From positions 20,001 through 268,000 of the forward strand of contig VRVR01000022.1 in assembly GCA_009859145.1 (NCBI GenBank): DNA of 248,000 nucleotides, given 5' to 3'. Shown in pieces: positions 77,704 through 90,011 of the stretch (positions are counted from its first letter, which is position 1; the number at the start of each line of letters is the position of its first letter). Below the pieces are notes generated by a model. That model was not told where the DNA came from, searched no databases, and saw only the letters and a program-made list of their open reading frames with translations. This DNA is from Andalucia godoyi And28 (taxonomy: Eukaryota > Protista > Jakobida). The translations under genes were made by a program, and so were the position numbers.

Positions 77704-78756
77704 TCATGCAGTAGCCTTTCTTGAACGCTTTGGAGCCGGAGATGGATCTCTTGTCGATACCGATTCGATCTTGCTGCTTTTCCTGACACCGCCGCTCTTC
77801 GGTTTCGTCAAAGAAACAAGACGCGACCGTTCCTCTTCCTCTTGTTCTCTGTCTTCCTGACTCATTTCCACAGCTTTTGCCGTCGCCCTATTCTTCTTCG
77901 ATGGCTTCACATGTTTCGTATGCTCAACATGCTCCACGTCGCTCACCGCAACTGCAGACACTCGTTTCCCGACAGATGAACTCCTATCTTTGGGAACAAG
78001 TGTACCACCATCCACAGCCGTCGTTGCTTTTGCTTTCATCTTTGATTTTGTCCCTTTCTCCTTCTCTTCATGATCTTGCTGCTGCTGCATTTTCTTCCTC
78101 GCTTCCTCCTTCTTTTCCATCAGCCTTCTCTTGTTCCTTGCGGCAACCTTTTCGACATATTTTTCCTTCTTCTTTTCTTTCCGCTTGAGGATGCTCGCCT
78201 TCTCCCTTTCAGAAAGACCATTCCACTTGTCTGTCTTTTTGAGATCGCGTTCTCTAGCCAAATGGACCTTGGATTTCAGATGTTCTTGAACTTGCTTTTC
78301 GGAACGAAGCTCGCGCTCCGGGCACAAATTGCACTTAAAACTCAGTCGCTGCGCGGCGCCTCCAGATTCCTTGCCACCATCAGCATCCCCCGCATCACCA
78401 TCAGCATCCTCCTCATCGTCAGAAGACTCTAGAAGTTCGCCTACTGCGCGCTTTCGCCCCTCGCTGCCAGACGAGAGTAAAGCCGCCTTCTTTGATCGCA
78501 GTGGCTTTCGATCCGTTCCGTCTGCTGAATAGTCTGAATCCTCTGTGTCATCGGAGTCAGCAGCCTCGTCAGCATCCTCGTCATCACTTCCCGACTGGCT
78601 GCCATGATCCTCAGATTCTTCGACCGATCCCAGTTCTGAATTCTCATCAGACGACGACCCTTCATCTGGGTCTTCGTTGTGTTGAAGATACTTTGTTAAC
78701 CGCTTGATCATTGCTGAAACGGAGATCGGCTTTCGGAATAATTCTCGGATCAACAC
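77704..78756 (-). CDS. acidic/basic protein with C2H2 zinc finger
   Basis: CNLC..L.SEKQVQEHLKSKVH; Lys-rich tail. Confidence 0.65.
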   Translation of the reverse strand: MLIRELFRKPISVSAMIKRLTKYLQHNEDPDEGSSSDENSELGSVEESEDHGSQSGSDDEDADEAADSDDTEDSDYSADGTDRKPLRSKKAALLSSGSEGRKRAVGELLESSDDEEDADGDAGDADGGKESGGAAQRLSFKCNLCPERELRSEKQVQEHLKSKVHLARERDLKKTDKWNGLSEREKASILKRKEKKKEKYVEKVAARNKRRLMEKKEEARKKMQQQQDHEEKEKGTKSKMKAKATTAVDGGTLVPKDRSSSVGKRVSAVAVSDVEHVEHTKHVKPSKKNRATAKAVEMSQEDREQEEEERSRLVSLTKPKSGGVRKSSKIESVSTRDPSPAPKRSRKATA

Positions 78757-79148
78757 ACGCTAAGGAAAGACGGAGATGAAGAAATGGAGAAACGCGGCAA
78801 AATTTTGTGGGATTCAAACAGAAATTAATCCGTCTCGTTCGTTTTCATTTTGTTTTGGCTTGTTAGTTTGCTTATCCGCGAAATACAACTACAGCAGGTG
78901 GGAATGAGGATTCCGGTCTTTCAAGGGATTCCGGCCATTGGCAGTTTTGCACCCGTTGCCACACCAGGAGTTTTTGATGCTGGGACCAAGAAACAGAAGA
79001 GGACTGCATTTAGAAAACAGCAACACGTGAGAAGCGCGCAAGATGAGAGCAGAGTAATGCGAATGTACAACATTGATTGACGAATATGGGACGATCAATT
79101 AACACAAAGGGAGGGGGAGGGGGAGGAATTAAAGAGGCGGCGCAAACA

Positions 79149-81092
79149 CTACTCGGAATCGCTGCTGCTGTTGCTGCTGCTGCTGTCGTCTGCATCCGGG
79201 AACCGGCACGAATCAGAATAAGGAATACACTCATCCTGTTCACCATCGGATTCTGCCGGTTGGCATCGAGCAACAAAGGTGGTCGACGAATCGAAAGCCG
79301 GAATGTCTTCGGATTCGCGAGAAATTGAGAAAAAGCAGGTTTCATCATCACGATACACGTTGTCGAGGTCGTCAGCATTGTCAACAGACCTACTGGAATT
79401 GGAAGAAGAATCTTTTTCAAGAAGCGAAGACGGAAGTGTCCCGCTGTCCAATTTTGCAGGGACCTCATTCACCTTGGCGGTCGAAGGATGTGACTCGACA
79501 ACACTGAAAGAATCCGCTTCGGTCGAAAACGGACTGATATTTTGACAACCATCAACATTCTGCACAACGACTCTGTCAACTGGAGCATCTCTGTGCGGGG
79601 CAACAGACGAATGGGCATACGCGACAAACTCCACGTCGTCCATATCGTCCTCATCACACGAGCCTAAACCTTCAAACGACGTTTGAGTGATTGAGATACC
79701 GAGCGAAGAAAAGATGGTAGACCGAGAAGAAGCCTCCGATCGACTGCTTCTTGCACCGGAAGTAAGCGCAGTCAAAGACTGAGATGACTGAGAAATCGGG
79801 CTGGAAGAATGAGATTGCGCAGCAGATTTGGATCCACAATCCGCCGACATCGCGTGGGAGTCTACTTGCGATCTACCTGTCTGCCACGAAGAACGACTTG
79901 AAGAGGATAGTTTAGAAGAACTCCACGTAAAACTGGAAACGCCTCCTATATTAGAAGCACTGCAGACCGGTCGCTGCAGAACATCCGACAAAGTGGAGCC
80001 AGCAACAACGCGAGACAGCTTCGGTGCGGGAGGGACTGCACAGCCACCATCAAACGTTCCATGTCTGTCCCTCTGCAGCATATCGACTGCATCATCTGAC
80101 GATACAGCGACAGAGTCGCCATAACTCCGGAAACATGAATCATCTTCAGAAGAGGAATCGTACTTCTTGTCGTCAGGAGCAGAACCCATTTCGCCGGTCA
80201 GCAACTTTCTACGGTCCTCTTCCCAAGTTCTTATACCGGTCAAATCTCCAATCCTTGCCAAATCACCTTCTTCAAGCATGAGCTCATCCCTAAATCCCTT
80301 TAAAAACGTTCGAAAGGAAAGGATGTCGGGAATTACCTCTTCGGCTTGACGATCATCAAAGTTCACAGAATTTTTCAAGAAACTCTTCAAATTCTCCTTC
80401 CGCGAAGGAAGTGAACCAGCCCGGAATATAGAAAATATTGCAGCCTTTGCGAGATCTGACTTAATCATGGCGATTCGAGCAAGCACTGTCTCGTGCATTC
80501 GAGATGTATCAACGTCAGAGGGTATTCGTAGCGACTTCTTCCGTGAAACTTTGAGCGTAGCATCTCGAATGACAGCCGCCGAGCGATCTGGATCCATTGC
80601 CGCACGTCGGAGAACTTCCTCTCGTCCATGAAAGTAGGAGTCCAGCTCTTCCCGAGAAATAGTAACAAATCGACCCAATGGCTTAACAAGTCGGACTCGG
80701 ATACCGTCGATTTCCATGAATCTGTTCGCAGATGCATTTCTTCGCGAGTTCTCCGAATGAAATTCAACAATTCCTTTTAACGACGGGACGGACGACACAA
80801 CATCTGGAAAGCAAAACGCATCACGAACCTCATTTTGGCCAGAAAAAAGCTCGAACAGTCGCTGATCAGTGAATCCAGGCGGCAGGTTCTCAATCACGAT
80901 CCTTCGCCTTTGAAGCATTCGACGAAAAGAAACGGAGCTATCCATTTCGTTGAAGAAAGAGTGGCCACTTTCCAGCGACGTAAACCGTGCAAACTGGGTT
81001 GCCGAAGTGCCAAAAGCTGGCACAAAAAGGTAGCTGGTTTCCTTTTTTGGGTGGAGGAACACACTACGAAGAAGGAAGGACCCAGAGAACAA
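79149..81092 (-). CDS. RRM-containing Ser-rich protein
   Basis: IVIENLP..LFELFS..KGIVEF. Confidence 0.6.
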   Translation of the reverse strand: MFSGSFLLRSVFLHPKKETSYLFVPAFGTSATQFARFTSLESGHSFFNEMDSSVSFRRMLQRRRIVIENLPPGFTDQRLFELFSGQNEVRDAFCFPDVVSSVPSLKGIVEFHSENSRRNASANRFMEIDGIRVRLVKPLGRFVTISREELDSYFHGREEVLRRAAMDPDRSAAVIRDATLKVSRKKSLRIPSDVDTSRMHETVLARIAMIKSDLAKAAIFSIFRAGSLPSRKENLKSFLKNSVNFDDRQAEEVIPDILSFRTFLKGFRDELMLEEGDLARIGDLTGIRTWEEDRRKLLTGEMGSAPDDKKYDSSSEDDSCFRSYGDSVAVSSDDAVDMLQRDRHGTFDGGCAVPPAPKLSRVVAGSTLSDVLQRPVCSASNIGGVSSFTWSSSKLSSSSRSSWQTGRSQVDSHAMSADCGSKSAAQSHSSSPISQSSQSLTALTSGARSSRSEASSRSTIFSSLGISITQTSFEGLGSCDEDDMDDVEFVAYAHSSVAPHRDAPVDRVVVQNVDGCQNISPFSTEADSFSVVESHPSTAKVNEVPAKLDSGTLPSSLLEKDSSSNSSRSVDNADDLDNVYRDDETCFFSISRESEDIPAFDSSTTFVARCQPAESDGEQDECIPYSDSCRFPDADDSSSSNSSSDSE

Positions 81093-81584
81093 AAATGCTC
81101 CTCTCTGAAAATCGCTATCTTAACAATTAAGCTGCAAACAGGCGATCCGCAATCGAGATATCGCGACTCTGCGTGGAATACTGTGAATCTATTTCGTGTC
81201 GAATCAGTAATGCTGATCAGAAGGAAATGTTCTGTTTTGTTTTGTTTTTGTTTTCATGTTTTTTCAAGCGCGTCAGAAGACGAATTACGAAGTAGACATA
81301 ATTTCGAAAAGGTCTCCAGCTCACATTCGCAGCTCTGCAGTCTGCACTCGCAAAGTGAAGGAAGCCGAAAAAGCACCCGCAGTTCAAGAGGCTGCTTAGC
81401 ATCACTTGATCAGCACAAAAGGAACTGCAAGACTTGAATCTCGTACTTCCACAACGAGGTTTGCTTTTTGGAGAGGGTGGTTCGAGGGCTTTTTCATTTT
81501 TCATTTCATTCTGTTTTCGATTTCGTTTTCTTTTTCGTCTCTTCCGTTTTCGTTCATAAACAAGCCAGTATCTCGTAGCCAGCA

Positions 81585-83105
81585 ATGAGTGAGCGTGATA
81601 ACAATTTTAATTTTGGAAGGTCTCACGAGCACGGGCTTCCTCCTACAGGACCGAGACAGCCTCCTAAGAAGGTATGGTTTTTTGTTGTTTAAGGTTTTTC
81701 TATTTGATTTGTTTTTTGTTGTTTTTTTAAATTTTTTATAAAGAATGCTATTCTTTGGCCTTTTTGCAAATGCAAAGCAAACTGTGATGGCGACTGACGT
81801 GTTCTCTATGTTTATTCTGTTGATCATTAGCCTGAGAAGAAAGAAAAGAAAAACGATGTTCCGGCGCCAACGCATCTCGGTAAGGGGAAGAAGCAGCGAT
81901 TCCGTTCAGCTGGTGTTGATACGCGCTTGCCGCAGGTTGCCCCTTCGTTGAAATGCAAGCTGCGTCTCCTGCGTTTGGACCGGATTCGAGACTACCTGCT
82001 GATCGAGGAAGAGTTTATTACGAACCAAGAGGCTCTGAAGCCGAAGGAGGACCGAAATGCCGAGGAACGGAAGGACATCGAGGCCCTGAGAGGAACTCCT
82101 TTGAGCGTTGGTACGCTCGAAGAGATCATCGATGACAACCACGGTATTGTGTCTTCCACGGTAGGACCGGAGTTTTACGTGAATATTCTGTCTATTGTTG
82201 ACAAGGATGCGCTGAATCTGGGGTCATCGGTTCTGATGCACCACAAGACGATGTCCATTGTTGGTGTTTTGGCTGATGATGCAGACCCGATGGTGTCCGT
82301 CATGAAAGTGGACAAAGCCCCCTTGGAGTCATACGCTGACATTGGAGGACTTGAAAAGCAGATTCAGGAAATCAAAGAAGCCGTTGAGTATCCGCTTACG
82401 CATCCCGAACTGTACGAAGATATTGGAATCAAGCCTCCAAAGGGTGTGATACTGTATGGCGAACCAGGAACGGGCAAGACTCTGTTGGCGAAAGCTGTTG
82501 CAAATTCCACTTCCGCAACGTTTTTGCGGGTTGTTGGCTCCGAGCTGATCCAGAAGTATCTTGGCGAGGGTCCGAAGCTTGTTCGAGAGCTGTTTCGTGT
82601 TGCAGAAGAAATGGCGCCGACCATTGTTTTCATTGATGAAATTGATGCCGTTGGAACAAAGCGCTACGACGCGACGTCTTCGGGAGAAAGAGAAATTCAG
82701 CGAACGATGTTGGAATTGTTGAACCAGTTGGATGGGTTTGACACGCGTGGTGATGTGAAAGTGATTCTGGCAACGAACATGATCGAATCTTTGGATCCAG
82801 CACTGCTCCGACCGGGTCGCATTGACAGAAAGATTGAATTTCCGTTGCCGGATGTTCCCACGAAGCGTCACATTTTCCAGGTGCATACTCGAAAGATGAC
82901 CCTGGGTCCTGACGTCGACCTTGAAGAGTTCATCTTGTCCAAGGATCAAATTTCGGGTGCCGACATCAAGGCCATCTGTACGCAGGCAGGTCTTGTGGCA
83001 CTTCGTGAACGGCGGATGCAGGTTACGCAAGCAGATTTCAGGAAGTCCAGAGAGCAAGTTTTGTACAAGAAACAGGACACCGCTCCTGCTGGCCTTTATA
83101 TCTAA
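81585..83105 (+). CDS. PSMC1: 26S proteasome ATPase Rpt2 (2 exons; intron 81672-81830)
   Basis: [30 protein letters not shown]; GTATGG...CATTAG intron. Confidence 0.95.
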
Positions 83106-83126
83106 TCGTTACACTGTAAAACGACA

Positions 83127-84926
83127 TTATATTTCTTCAATGATTCTTTTCTTTTTGGCTGTCTTCGTGGTGGCCTTCTCCCTGCTTGACGAATCTGCTT
83201 CCAGAACATTTTGAATCGGATCTTCTTGTGGAACGCTGGAGTTCAGTTCCATCATCTGCTTCAAAAGAGTCGATGGATCCAAGTTATCCAAAGGAGTCGC
83301 CGAGGATGAAGACGATGATGCACTCGGAACATCCGACTTGTGCAACGCTTCTGCCTGCACATCTGAAGGGCCAGAAAGAATCTCCGCGAGCTTGGAAAGA
83401 TCATTTGGAGTCATGAAACCGTCGTTCCCATGACGGAGAGCATCGGCCATTTCAAGATCTCCAGTTTCCACATCTTCCTTAGCGGCATCTTCCGCTCGCA
83501 AAATCTGGTTGACATTCGCTCCCCGCTTGGAATGCGCAGCATCTTCCTTCTCAATATACCGCAGAAGATTAACAGAAAACTTGTCGTTCTGAGAGAGTTT
83601 GCACGACGTGCGAATACTGTCGACAGCGTCAGAGAAACGACCCAGGATCAGAAGAGCCTGTGCCTTTCTGAGGTATGCCTTTGCATAGTGCTCATCAACA
83701 AGAATAGCATCTTGAGAATCACGCAAAGCAAAAACAACACTGGATTCGCTCAGCAGTCGGGAAGGAATGCCATCCTCCCCAATCACAGCCCCATTTTGAA
83801 GATGTGCAACCGCTCTGTTTGAATACAAAGACGCATTTGATGGATCCAGTTCAATCGCCCGAGTGTAACATTTAATGGCAGTGTCGTAAGCGCCTTTCCT
83901 GAAATTCGTATTGCCAAGTTCTTTCCATTTTGAAATTCTTTCCGATGTCGACAGCAACGTCTCATCAACTGCCACCTCCTGCGCCAGCGTTGGAGTATCG
84001 GAAACGGCAGCGGACTCTAGAGCCGGAACGTCTTCCTCAGCGACTCCAACCATTTGCGATATGTCTGACAACGGCAAGGAGTCCAAATGCAATCGAGCAT
84101 CAATCCCCGAAGGCAAACAATCAGATGGTGAGACTGCCGGGTGGCTTCCAAAGTCTTGAAACAATTTCAGTGCCAGCTGTTTCTCCTCATCACCAGCTTG
84201 AGCCGCTTCGACGTTCCACGAACCGAGAATCTGCAAAATTTCCGTCGAGAGCGGAAGAATGTTGTTCCTTGCGTAGTGAAATCGAATCCATGAGAGCCAA
84301 AAGGCTACAATCTGAAGACAAAAGAGTGATCCGCCAGGAAAGCTGTCTTTGCGATTAGCAAGCAAATTTGGAACAAAGGGCGAATGTCCCAAGAGGGCCA
84401 TGGACCGAAAGGCCTCTTGTCGATCCCTCGGATCGCATGATTTCAGCGAAGCGAACCAACCCAATTCGGTGGAAGCAGTAATCAGCCTGAAACATTCGAT
84501 GGCTTGGCTCCGAATCTGTAGATTGCTATCGAGAAACAACGTGGTTAAAGCACGTAATCCTCCAGAAACGATGAAAGGAGTAAGCAGACACGCGTTTCGA
84601 ACATGCATTAAATAGAATAATGCTAAAAACGGGATCCGAGCTTTCGCAGGAAAGCCAGAATTCTGTGACACATCCAGGATGGCTGGGTAACACGTGATGC
84701 TATGAGAATCGGGAACGAAAAGCAAGGTTCGAGCTTCCAACACGGACACATCAGTATGGAGCAGCATCGATAGTTCGGAAGCCGGCGGTTTGTTCCACAT
84801 ACGCTCCAGACCCTTCTGCATCTGGGCCGAAAGTTCCGGCTCTGGAAATAGTTTTAGAACTTCTCTGCATACATCGTTGAATGAGGTCATCGGCCTGTTG
84901 TCTTTTGAAAAAACGTGGTCCTGCAT
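83127..84926 (-). CDS. TPR-containing protein
   Basis: KELGNTNFRKGAYDTAIKCYTRAIELDP, KAYLRKAQ. Confidence 0.75.
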   Translation of the reverse strand: MQDHVFSKDNRPMTSFNDVCREVLKLFPEPELSAQMQKGLERMWNKPPASELSMLLHTDVSVLEARTLLFVPDSHSITCYPAILDVSQNSGFPAKARIPFLALFYLMHVRNACLLTPFIVSGGLRALTTLFLDSNLQIRSQAIECFRLITASTELGWFASLKSCDPRDRQEAFRSMALLGHSPFVPNLLANRKDSFPGGSLFCLQIVAFWLSWIRFHYARNNILPLSTEILQILGSWNVEAAQAGDEEKQLALKLFQDFGSHPAVSPSDCLPSGIDARLHLDSLPLSDISQMVGVAEEDVPALESAAVSDTPTLAQEVAVDETLLSTSERISKWKELGNTNFRKGAYDTAIKCYTRAIELDPSNASLYSNRAVAHLQNGAVIGEDGIPSRLLSESSVVFALRDSQDAILVDEHYAKAYLRKAQALLILGRFSDAVDSIRTSCKLSQNDKFSVNLLRYIEKEDAAHSKRGANVNQILRAEDAAKEDVETGDLEMADALRHGNDGFMTPNDLSKLAEILSGPSDVQAEALHKSDVPSASSSSSSATPLDNLDPSTLLKQMMELNSSVPQEDPIQNVLEADSSSREKATTKTAKKKRIIEEI

Positions 84927-84958
84927 CCACCCGTTGAATCAAAATAAAAAAAAAGAAA

Positions 84959-86737
84959 ATGAAGGCGGAAAGTGGGTACTGCTATGCAGGCGGAAGTTTG
85001 AAAACGAAAGTCGGGCAAAAAGACCTAGCTTCAATCTGCTCCAGCACTGTAGAGACCAGGGATCGAGGAGAGCGGTGGCGGCTAGGTGATTTTCAAGAGA
85101 TTTTAAATTCGTGCGAAGTCCTATCCCCGAACTGGGCGTTATACAAACAGCCTTTCTGTACGAGTTCGTATTGCATTGGCTTCTCAGCCTTTGCCAGGTT
85201 TTTCCCAAACATGTTGACAGAGTATCCGTTGCCGTCGCAAGTTTCTGTCCCGTCCGCGGCATCTTGGATTGCCAACGTCGTTCGTTCCGATTCGATCTAC
85301 ACTTCTGAGCACCGCTTATTGATGCTGCGACATTTTGCTTCGAAATGCCCTCCATCGAATATCTGGACCTTTCTCACAACTGCAGAAAAAACTGCATACA
85401 AAACGATTTCTTTGGAGAAGGCGAAGCATTCAGATGGGTCGTTGGGAACAGGAGAAGTGGTGGACATCGTGTCACAAGATGGAAGCTCGACTACTCTCAG
85501 TCGAGGCAGCACTACTGATGACCGTCATCCCGTGCGTGCAGGCGCTGCTGCTGCTTCTTTCTTTGCCTTTGGGGCTGCTTCACTAGCGTTTCTTCCGGTA
85601 TTTGCAGCCCCTGCTGTGGGCGTGTTGGGTGCTAGATACGTGTACCGAAAGACTAGGCGATTATTTGGCGAAAAGACAATCGATCTTCTTATTCCTGAAC
85701 TGATTGAATCATCATCACCGTCTCTTTGGTCCGTGATTTGTGCTCCAGGCCTCCCTTTTCGCGCTGTTGAGCAAGCAGCTTTCGCCAACACTGGTCACCA
85801 CATGAGCTCGACAGAGTTGTGGAAACCCATGGTCTCCGCAACTGGTTGTAACGTCCTGCATGTGTCATTCGAACCATCATTGCTGTCCGACTTCCACAAC
85901 TCTGTCGACACAATCATTTCTAGATATGCCGCGAATGCTAGTTCTTCTCTTGCCCTAAAAGTATTCGCCTCGACAATTGCCTCCGCAATTGCTCTTCCTT
86001 CAGCGTTGCTCGGAATGATAAGTGTTGCTGATTCTCCGCTTTCTCTGTTGCTGGACCGGTCCACGGTTGAGAAAGGAGGCCGTTTATTGTATCGCATGTG
86101 TCCGATATTAAGAGGAACAGTGGTCTCCTGGTCAATTGGATCAAGATTAATGATCAACTCTCTATTGTCATTGAGTGCATTGGAGGAAGAACAGGAAAAG
86201 AATGAGTATGCGTCGTCGCTTGGAGTTCAACGACCGTCGTTGCTTGTGTCCCCGGAAGCTGGTTCTCTTGGATCAAATTCGTCTTCGCCATTGCAACTTC
86301 GGAGTCCCAGTTCTCCAGCAACCGCTGAAATTTCCACGGACACACCAGTGTCAGCAAAGGACGTGCAATGGGACTTTGATCATCTTGTTCTCATCGGAAG
86401 CCCTGTTTTGAATCTATCGTCTGCTGAATGGGAAATGCTACTTCGACGCGTACGCGGTTCCATTGTCGTGGCGTATTCTGACAATGATTGGTATCTAGGA
86501 GTCGTAGTTCGCGCGTTGCTTGGAATTCGTCGCGAAGGAGTATCACAAGTTCTCGGTGTTGCTCCCTTGCTGGACGGCTGTTCGGACGCTGTGCGCAGCA
86601 GAGTCATTCTGCTACCTGTTGGAGACTTGATTGCAACACATCTACAGTACGCCGATGTAACAGTGCTTTTGAAGATTGTCCAGCGATGTCAACAGACAAT
86701 CGGAGAATGGGTTTCAAAAGCGCGGCTGATCAGTTGA
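84959..86737 (+). CDS. DUF726/TMCO4-like alpha/beta-fold protein (start probably downstream)
   Basis: VSWSIGSR, LVLIGSPV, VVAYSDNDWYL. Confidence 0.6.
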   Translation: MKAESGYCYAGGSLKTKVGQKDLASICSSTVETRDRGERWRLGDFQEILNSCEVLSPNWALYKQPFCTSSYCIGFSAFARFFPNMLTEYPLPSQVSVPSAASWIANVVRSDSIYTSEHRLLMLRHFASKCPPSNIWTFLTTAEKTAYKTISLEKAKHSDGSLGTGEVVDIVSQDGSSTTLSRGSTTDDRHPVRAGAAAASFFAFGAASLAFLPVFAAPAVGVLGARYVYRKTRRLFGEKTIDLLIPELIESSSPSLWSVICAPGLPFRAVEQAAFANTGHHMSSTELWKPMVSATGCNVLHVSFEPSLLSDFHNSVDTIISRYAANASSSLALKVFASTIASAIALPSALLGMISVADSPLSLLLDRSTVEKGGRLLYRMCPILRGTVVSWSIGSRLMINSLLSLSALEEEQEKNEYASSLGVQRPSLLVSPEAGSLGSNSSSPLQLRSPSSPATAEISTDTPVSAKDVQWDFDHLVLIGSPVLNLSSAEWEMLLRRVRGSIVVAYSDNDWYLGVVVRALLGIRREGVSQVLGVAPLLDGCSDAVRSRVILLPVGDLIATHLQYADVTVLLKIVQRCQQTIGEWVSKARLIS

Positions 86738-86822
86738 TTTATATATTGCCAGTTGGCGGATTTGCAGCGTTCGAAATTATGTAGCCAGAACCTTTATTGC
86801 TGGAAGTAGATCTGAATTGCTG

Positions 86823-87766
86823 CCATTCTGGTGTCCCTGGTGTCCATCCGTTGTCTGCTGTGGCTTGGTGGTTTCCCGGCTTCTCTCCATCAGCCTCATG
86901 ATGCCGAGTCGGAGCCACCACGGATGCTGCCGGAGACTGCTGCACAAGCGTACGGGAGGGGGTATGCGGGTGGGCAAGTGGGTGATGTGGCGGAGGAGTG
87001 CATCACCAAGACATGCGGCCTGTGTGGGAGACGTGAGAATGTCCAGCACAAACTGGCCAGAGATAAGGCGTTTGTGTGTGTGTTCGTTTTTTGTTTTTTC
87101 CGGTGTCCAATGTTTCCAGTAAGGATGGACCGAGAGCTGGAATGGCGGCGCTTGCAGTGCAGTATTTATCGAAAGAACATTGCTGATTGTTGGGGAAAAC
87201 GCACGTTGAATGCACTCTACGGTTGGCGAGTCGACTTTTTTGGGCACGGTGGTTGAGACTTTGGATTTCAACAGCTGGGGGCTGGTGGCGTGCCGAGAGC
87301 CTGCCCTTCCTCTCCTTCTCTGTCTCCCTCTCTCCCTCGGTCTCCCTCTCTCCCTCTGTCTCCCTCTCTCTCCGTTCCTCCTTCTCTCTAGGCGATGGGG
87401 ATCCCAACCCCCTGACTCGTGCAACGGTGCAGAACAGCGGGCTATGTTACGTTGGCCATCAAACTGTGCTTCCAAGCAGTTTTCTTTTTTTTTTACAACA
87501 GGTTGTGTTGCCGATAAACAGCAGATTTGCAAACTTTGCAGGAAGATTCCAAAGCACTTTACATTCTCAACGTTTGTTATGTTTTTTCTTCCCTCTAACT
87601 GAAACCGTGAGAACATCTTTTTCAGGGTATTCGTGACGATCGGCGTAATCATCGAATCTTCACCAGGCAACACAGGAACTTTGGTGACTATGGAGAGAGA
87701 AGACCGCGTTTCAAGCCCGTTCCTTTCAAAGGTTCAGAGACCAACGATCGGTGCGCAGAATCGTGT
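86823..87766 (+). repeat. 944-bp inverted repeat, left arm, containing a Fanzor remnant
   Basis: reverse complement of 93279-94222 (identical ORF translations); EECITKTCGLCG, RRLLHK, DRE..IYRKN. Confidence 0.9.
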
Positions 87767-90011
87767 GGACGCCCTCTATCCGGGAGCCACGATAGAAATC
87801 AAGCGCTTCGTCGTTGCGAATGAATGTGCACACGTTGCACAATAAAAAAGCCGTGTCGGCCAGTAACACGAGCGGATATCAGCAGCTTTCAAAATGTTAA
87901 ATAGCCGGGGCGCGGATTGACGGCAAAAAAAACCGAAGATCGCGGCTTTTATTCACGATAACCCGGGGGGGCTGCGTTTCTTCTGGTCGCCGTCACATCT
88001 CTCAAGTTTCGCAGAAGCGGGGCCGACATCGATGTGGACAAAATAATTTCAACGGGAACGAAAAGTCAGCCGTTCCTGCGCGAATAACGGGGTATTGGAG
88101 AGGGTTCTCTGAAGTGCCTAGGAGTGCCTTATTCCTTCGCACAAAACTCAAAATGAGGGCGATGACAGGTATGAGACAATTCGTTATTTTTGGTATTGAG
88201 TTCGCTTCTGTGTTTGGATATCTCGGCAACACTCAAAAAGATATCGAACGCAGTCCCATTAACCCCGAGTCTGCAGGCGTCGTCTTCAGCGGAGAGAGTC
88301 GGATTGACAATGAACAGGAAGAGAGAGAAGTCTTGTGAAATCGAAACATGCGGCTCACTAACATCGAGAACCGGTGCAACGGAGCATTTGTAAAGGAATG
88401 TCGAAAAATATTTTATATTTAAAGTACAAGCGTGTCTGCGAGAAGGAAGAATGGTAGATGAATTACATCGGATCGGCGTCAGCACATCTGCGCGAAAGCA
88501 GATACGCACAGAAAAACCGATAACATGTGAATGATGCACAGTGACGCGGGAAGAACCACAAATCGAAATGGATGTGCGAAAGCATTGTCGCTGAAGGTTT
88601 TTTCCTGAATTATGCCAAATCCTTCACGATTCTCTGTGGAAACGAAGGAAGCGCCGTCTGCAATTCAGTCAGATGCAAAAATAAAGTTGATTTTCTCAGG
88701 ACAATGCCGCCAACAGTAAACTAACATGAGACGTTTTGCATCAAAACAATTCGATACCATACATTGCCATCTAATTTCGTGAGGTCCATCAAATCAAAGA
88801 TTACACTTGGAAAATCATTTTCAGTTGTTGAACCTGACTGCATCCATCCACAGCTTGAGCGAAGACACTGTTGTTCTGCTCGCTTTTTTTTTGTCGTGTA
88901 TTCCATCGGAATTGACATCTTCCCAGATATTGATAAATGTCGTGATATCCGACTGCTGAAGCGGACTGTCACCAAATCAGACATATTGCGAACACTTGTT
89001 CTTTCGTTTGGCACGACGGCAAGGCTTTTACTGAAGATTGGCTTCTCTCCTGACTTCGATTTATGAGGTTGTCTTTTTTGCTGTTGTTAGACGTCCACGG
89101 TTTTGTCAGCAATGCTCGTTGAACATCCGGGGGTCGCTGTAGATCTTTTCGTGATGGTAGCTTGTTCCGCGTTTCTATGCATGTTTGCTCATCCGCAGGC
89201 CTGCCGTGTAGCCCTCCTCTTTCTTCCGTTCCATTTCAGGCCGCCATCACACAGAGGAAGTTTTCCTTCCTCTCCGCAGTCGCTGCACCTGTCGTTTTGA
89301 AAAACACATTTTACTATCTTACTGCCTTTCTTTCACAGCGGTTAATCTCAGTTTTAGCTTAATTGTAGTTACTAAGGAACATGCGTGAAAAATTGGTTTT
89401 GATATCAGATTTTGTTTTGTTCAGATCGCTTGTCCTGTGGTGGCTGAACCTTTGCCAGCCCAATTCTGGATCGCATTCGCGTGCGGCCGCAGTGTTTTGG
89501 GCTCCGGTTTCTTTTCAACAGCAGGTTCTCTTTGATGCAAGATAACTGGAGTGCCGTCATCATGGGGATTTCCCAGACATCGGACACCGTACGCCAAAGA
89601 TTTTCATGTCATCTGGCGTTGGCGCTGAAATCAGTCAAACAGCCTTTTCAATATTAATCTGTTGAATTTGTTGACGTACCGTTGAGCTGTTGCTGCAAAT
89701 AGGGATCTTGCTTCCGGCGTCATGAGTCAATAATAGGGCAGCCTTGCTTCAGAGAAAGGATCTGCGGACTTCCAGCGACGAGTGTTTTTAACGTTTGCTC
89801 CATGATTTTTGAACGAACATCTTTTTTTCCTGCCGTAGAAATTGATGCCGGCGACTCAATGAACTCAATTGCTCGTTACGTCGACTGTGTTCTCAGGACT
89901 TCTGTTGTTCTCGGGTCTTCCTCATCAGCCTTCTTTTTCCTCTTTAACTTTTCGCCGTCTTTTTCAAGTCATTTTTCAGTACGTAATTGTTTGAGAAATT
90001 TCAAGTACAAC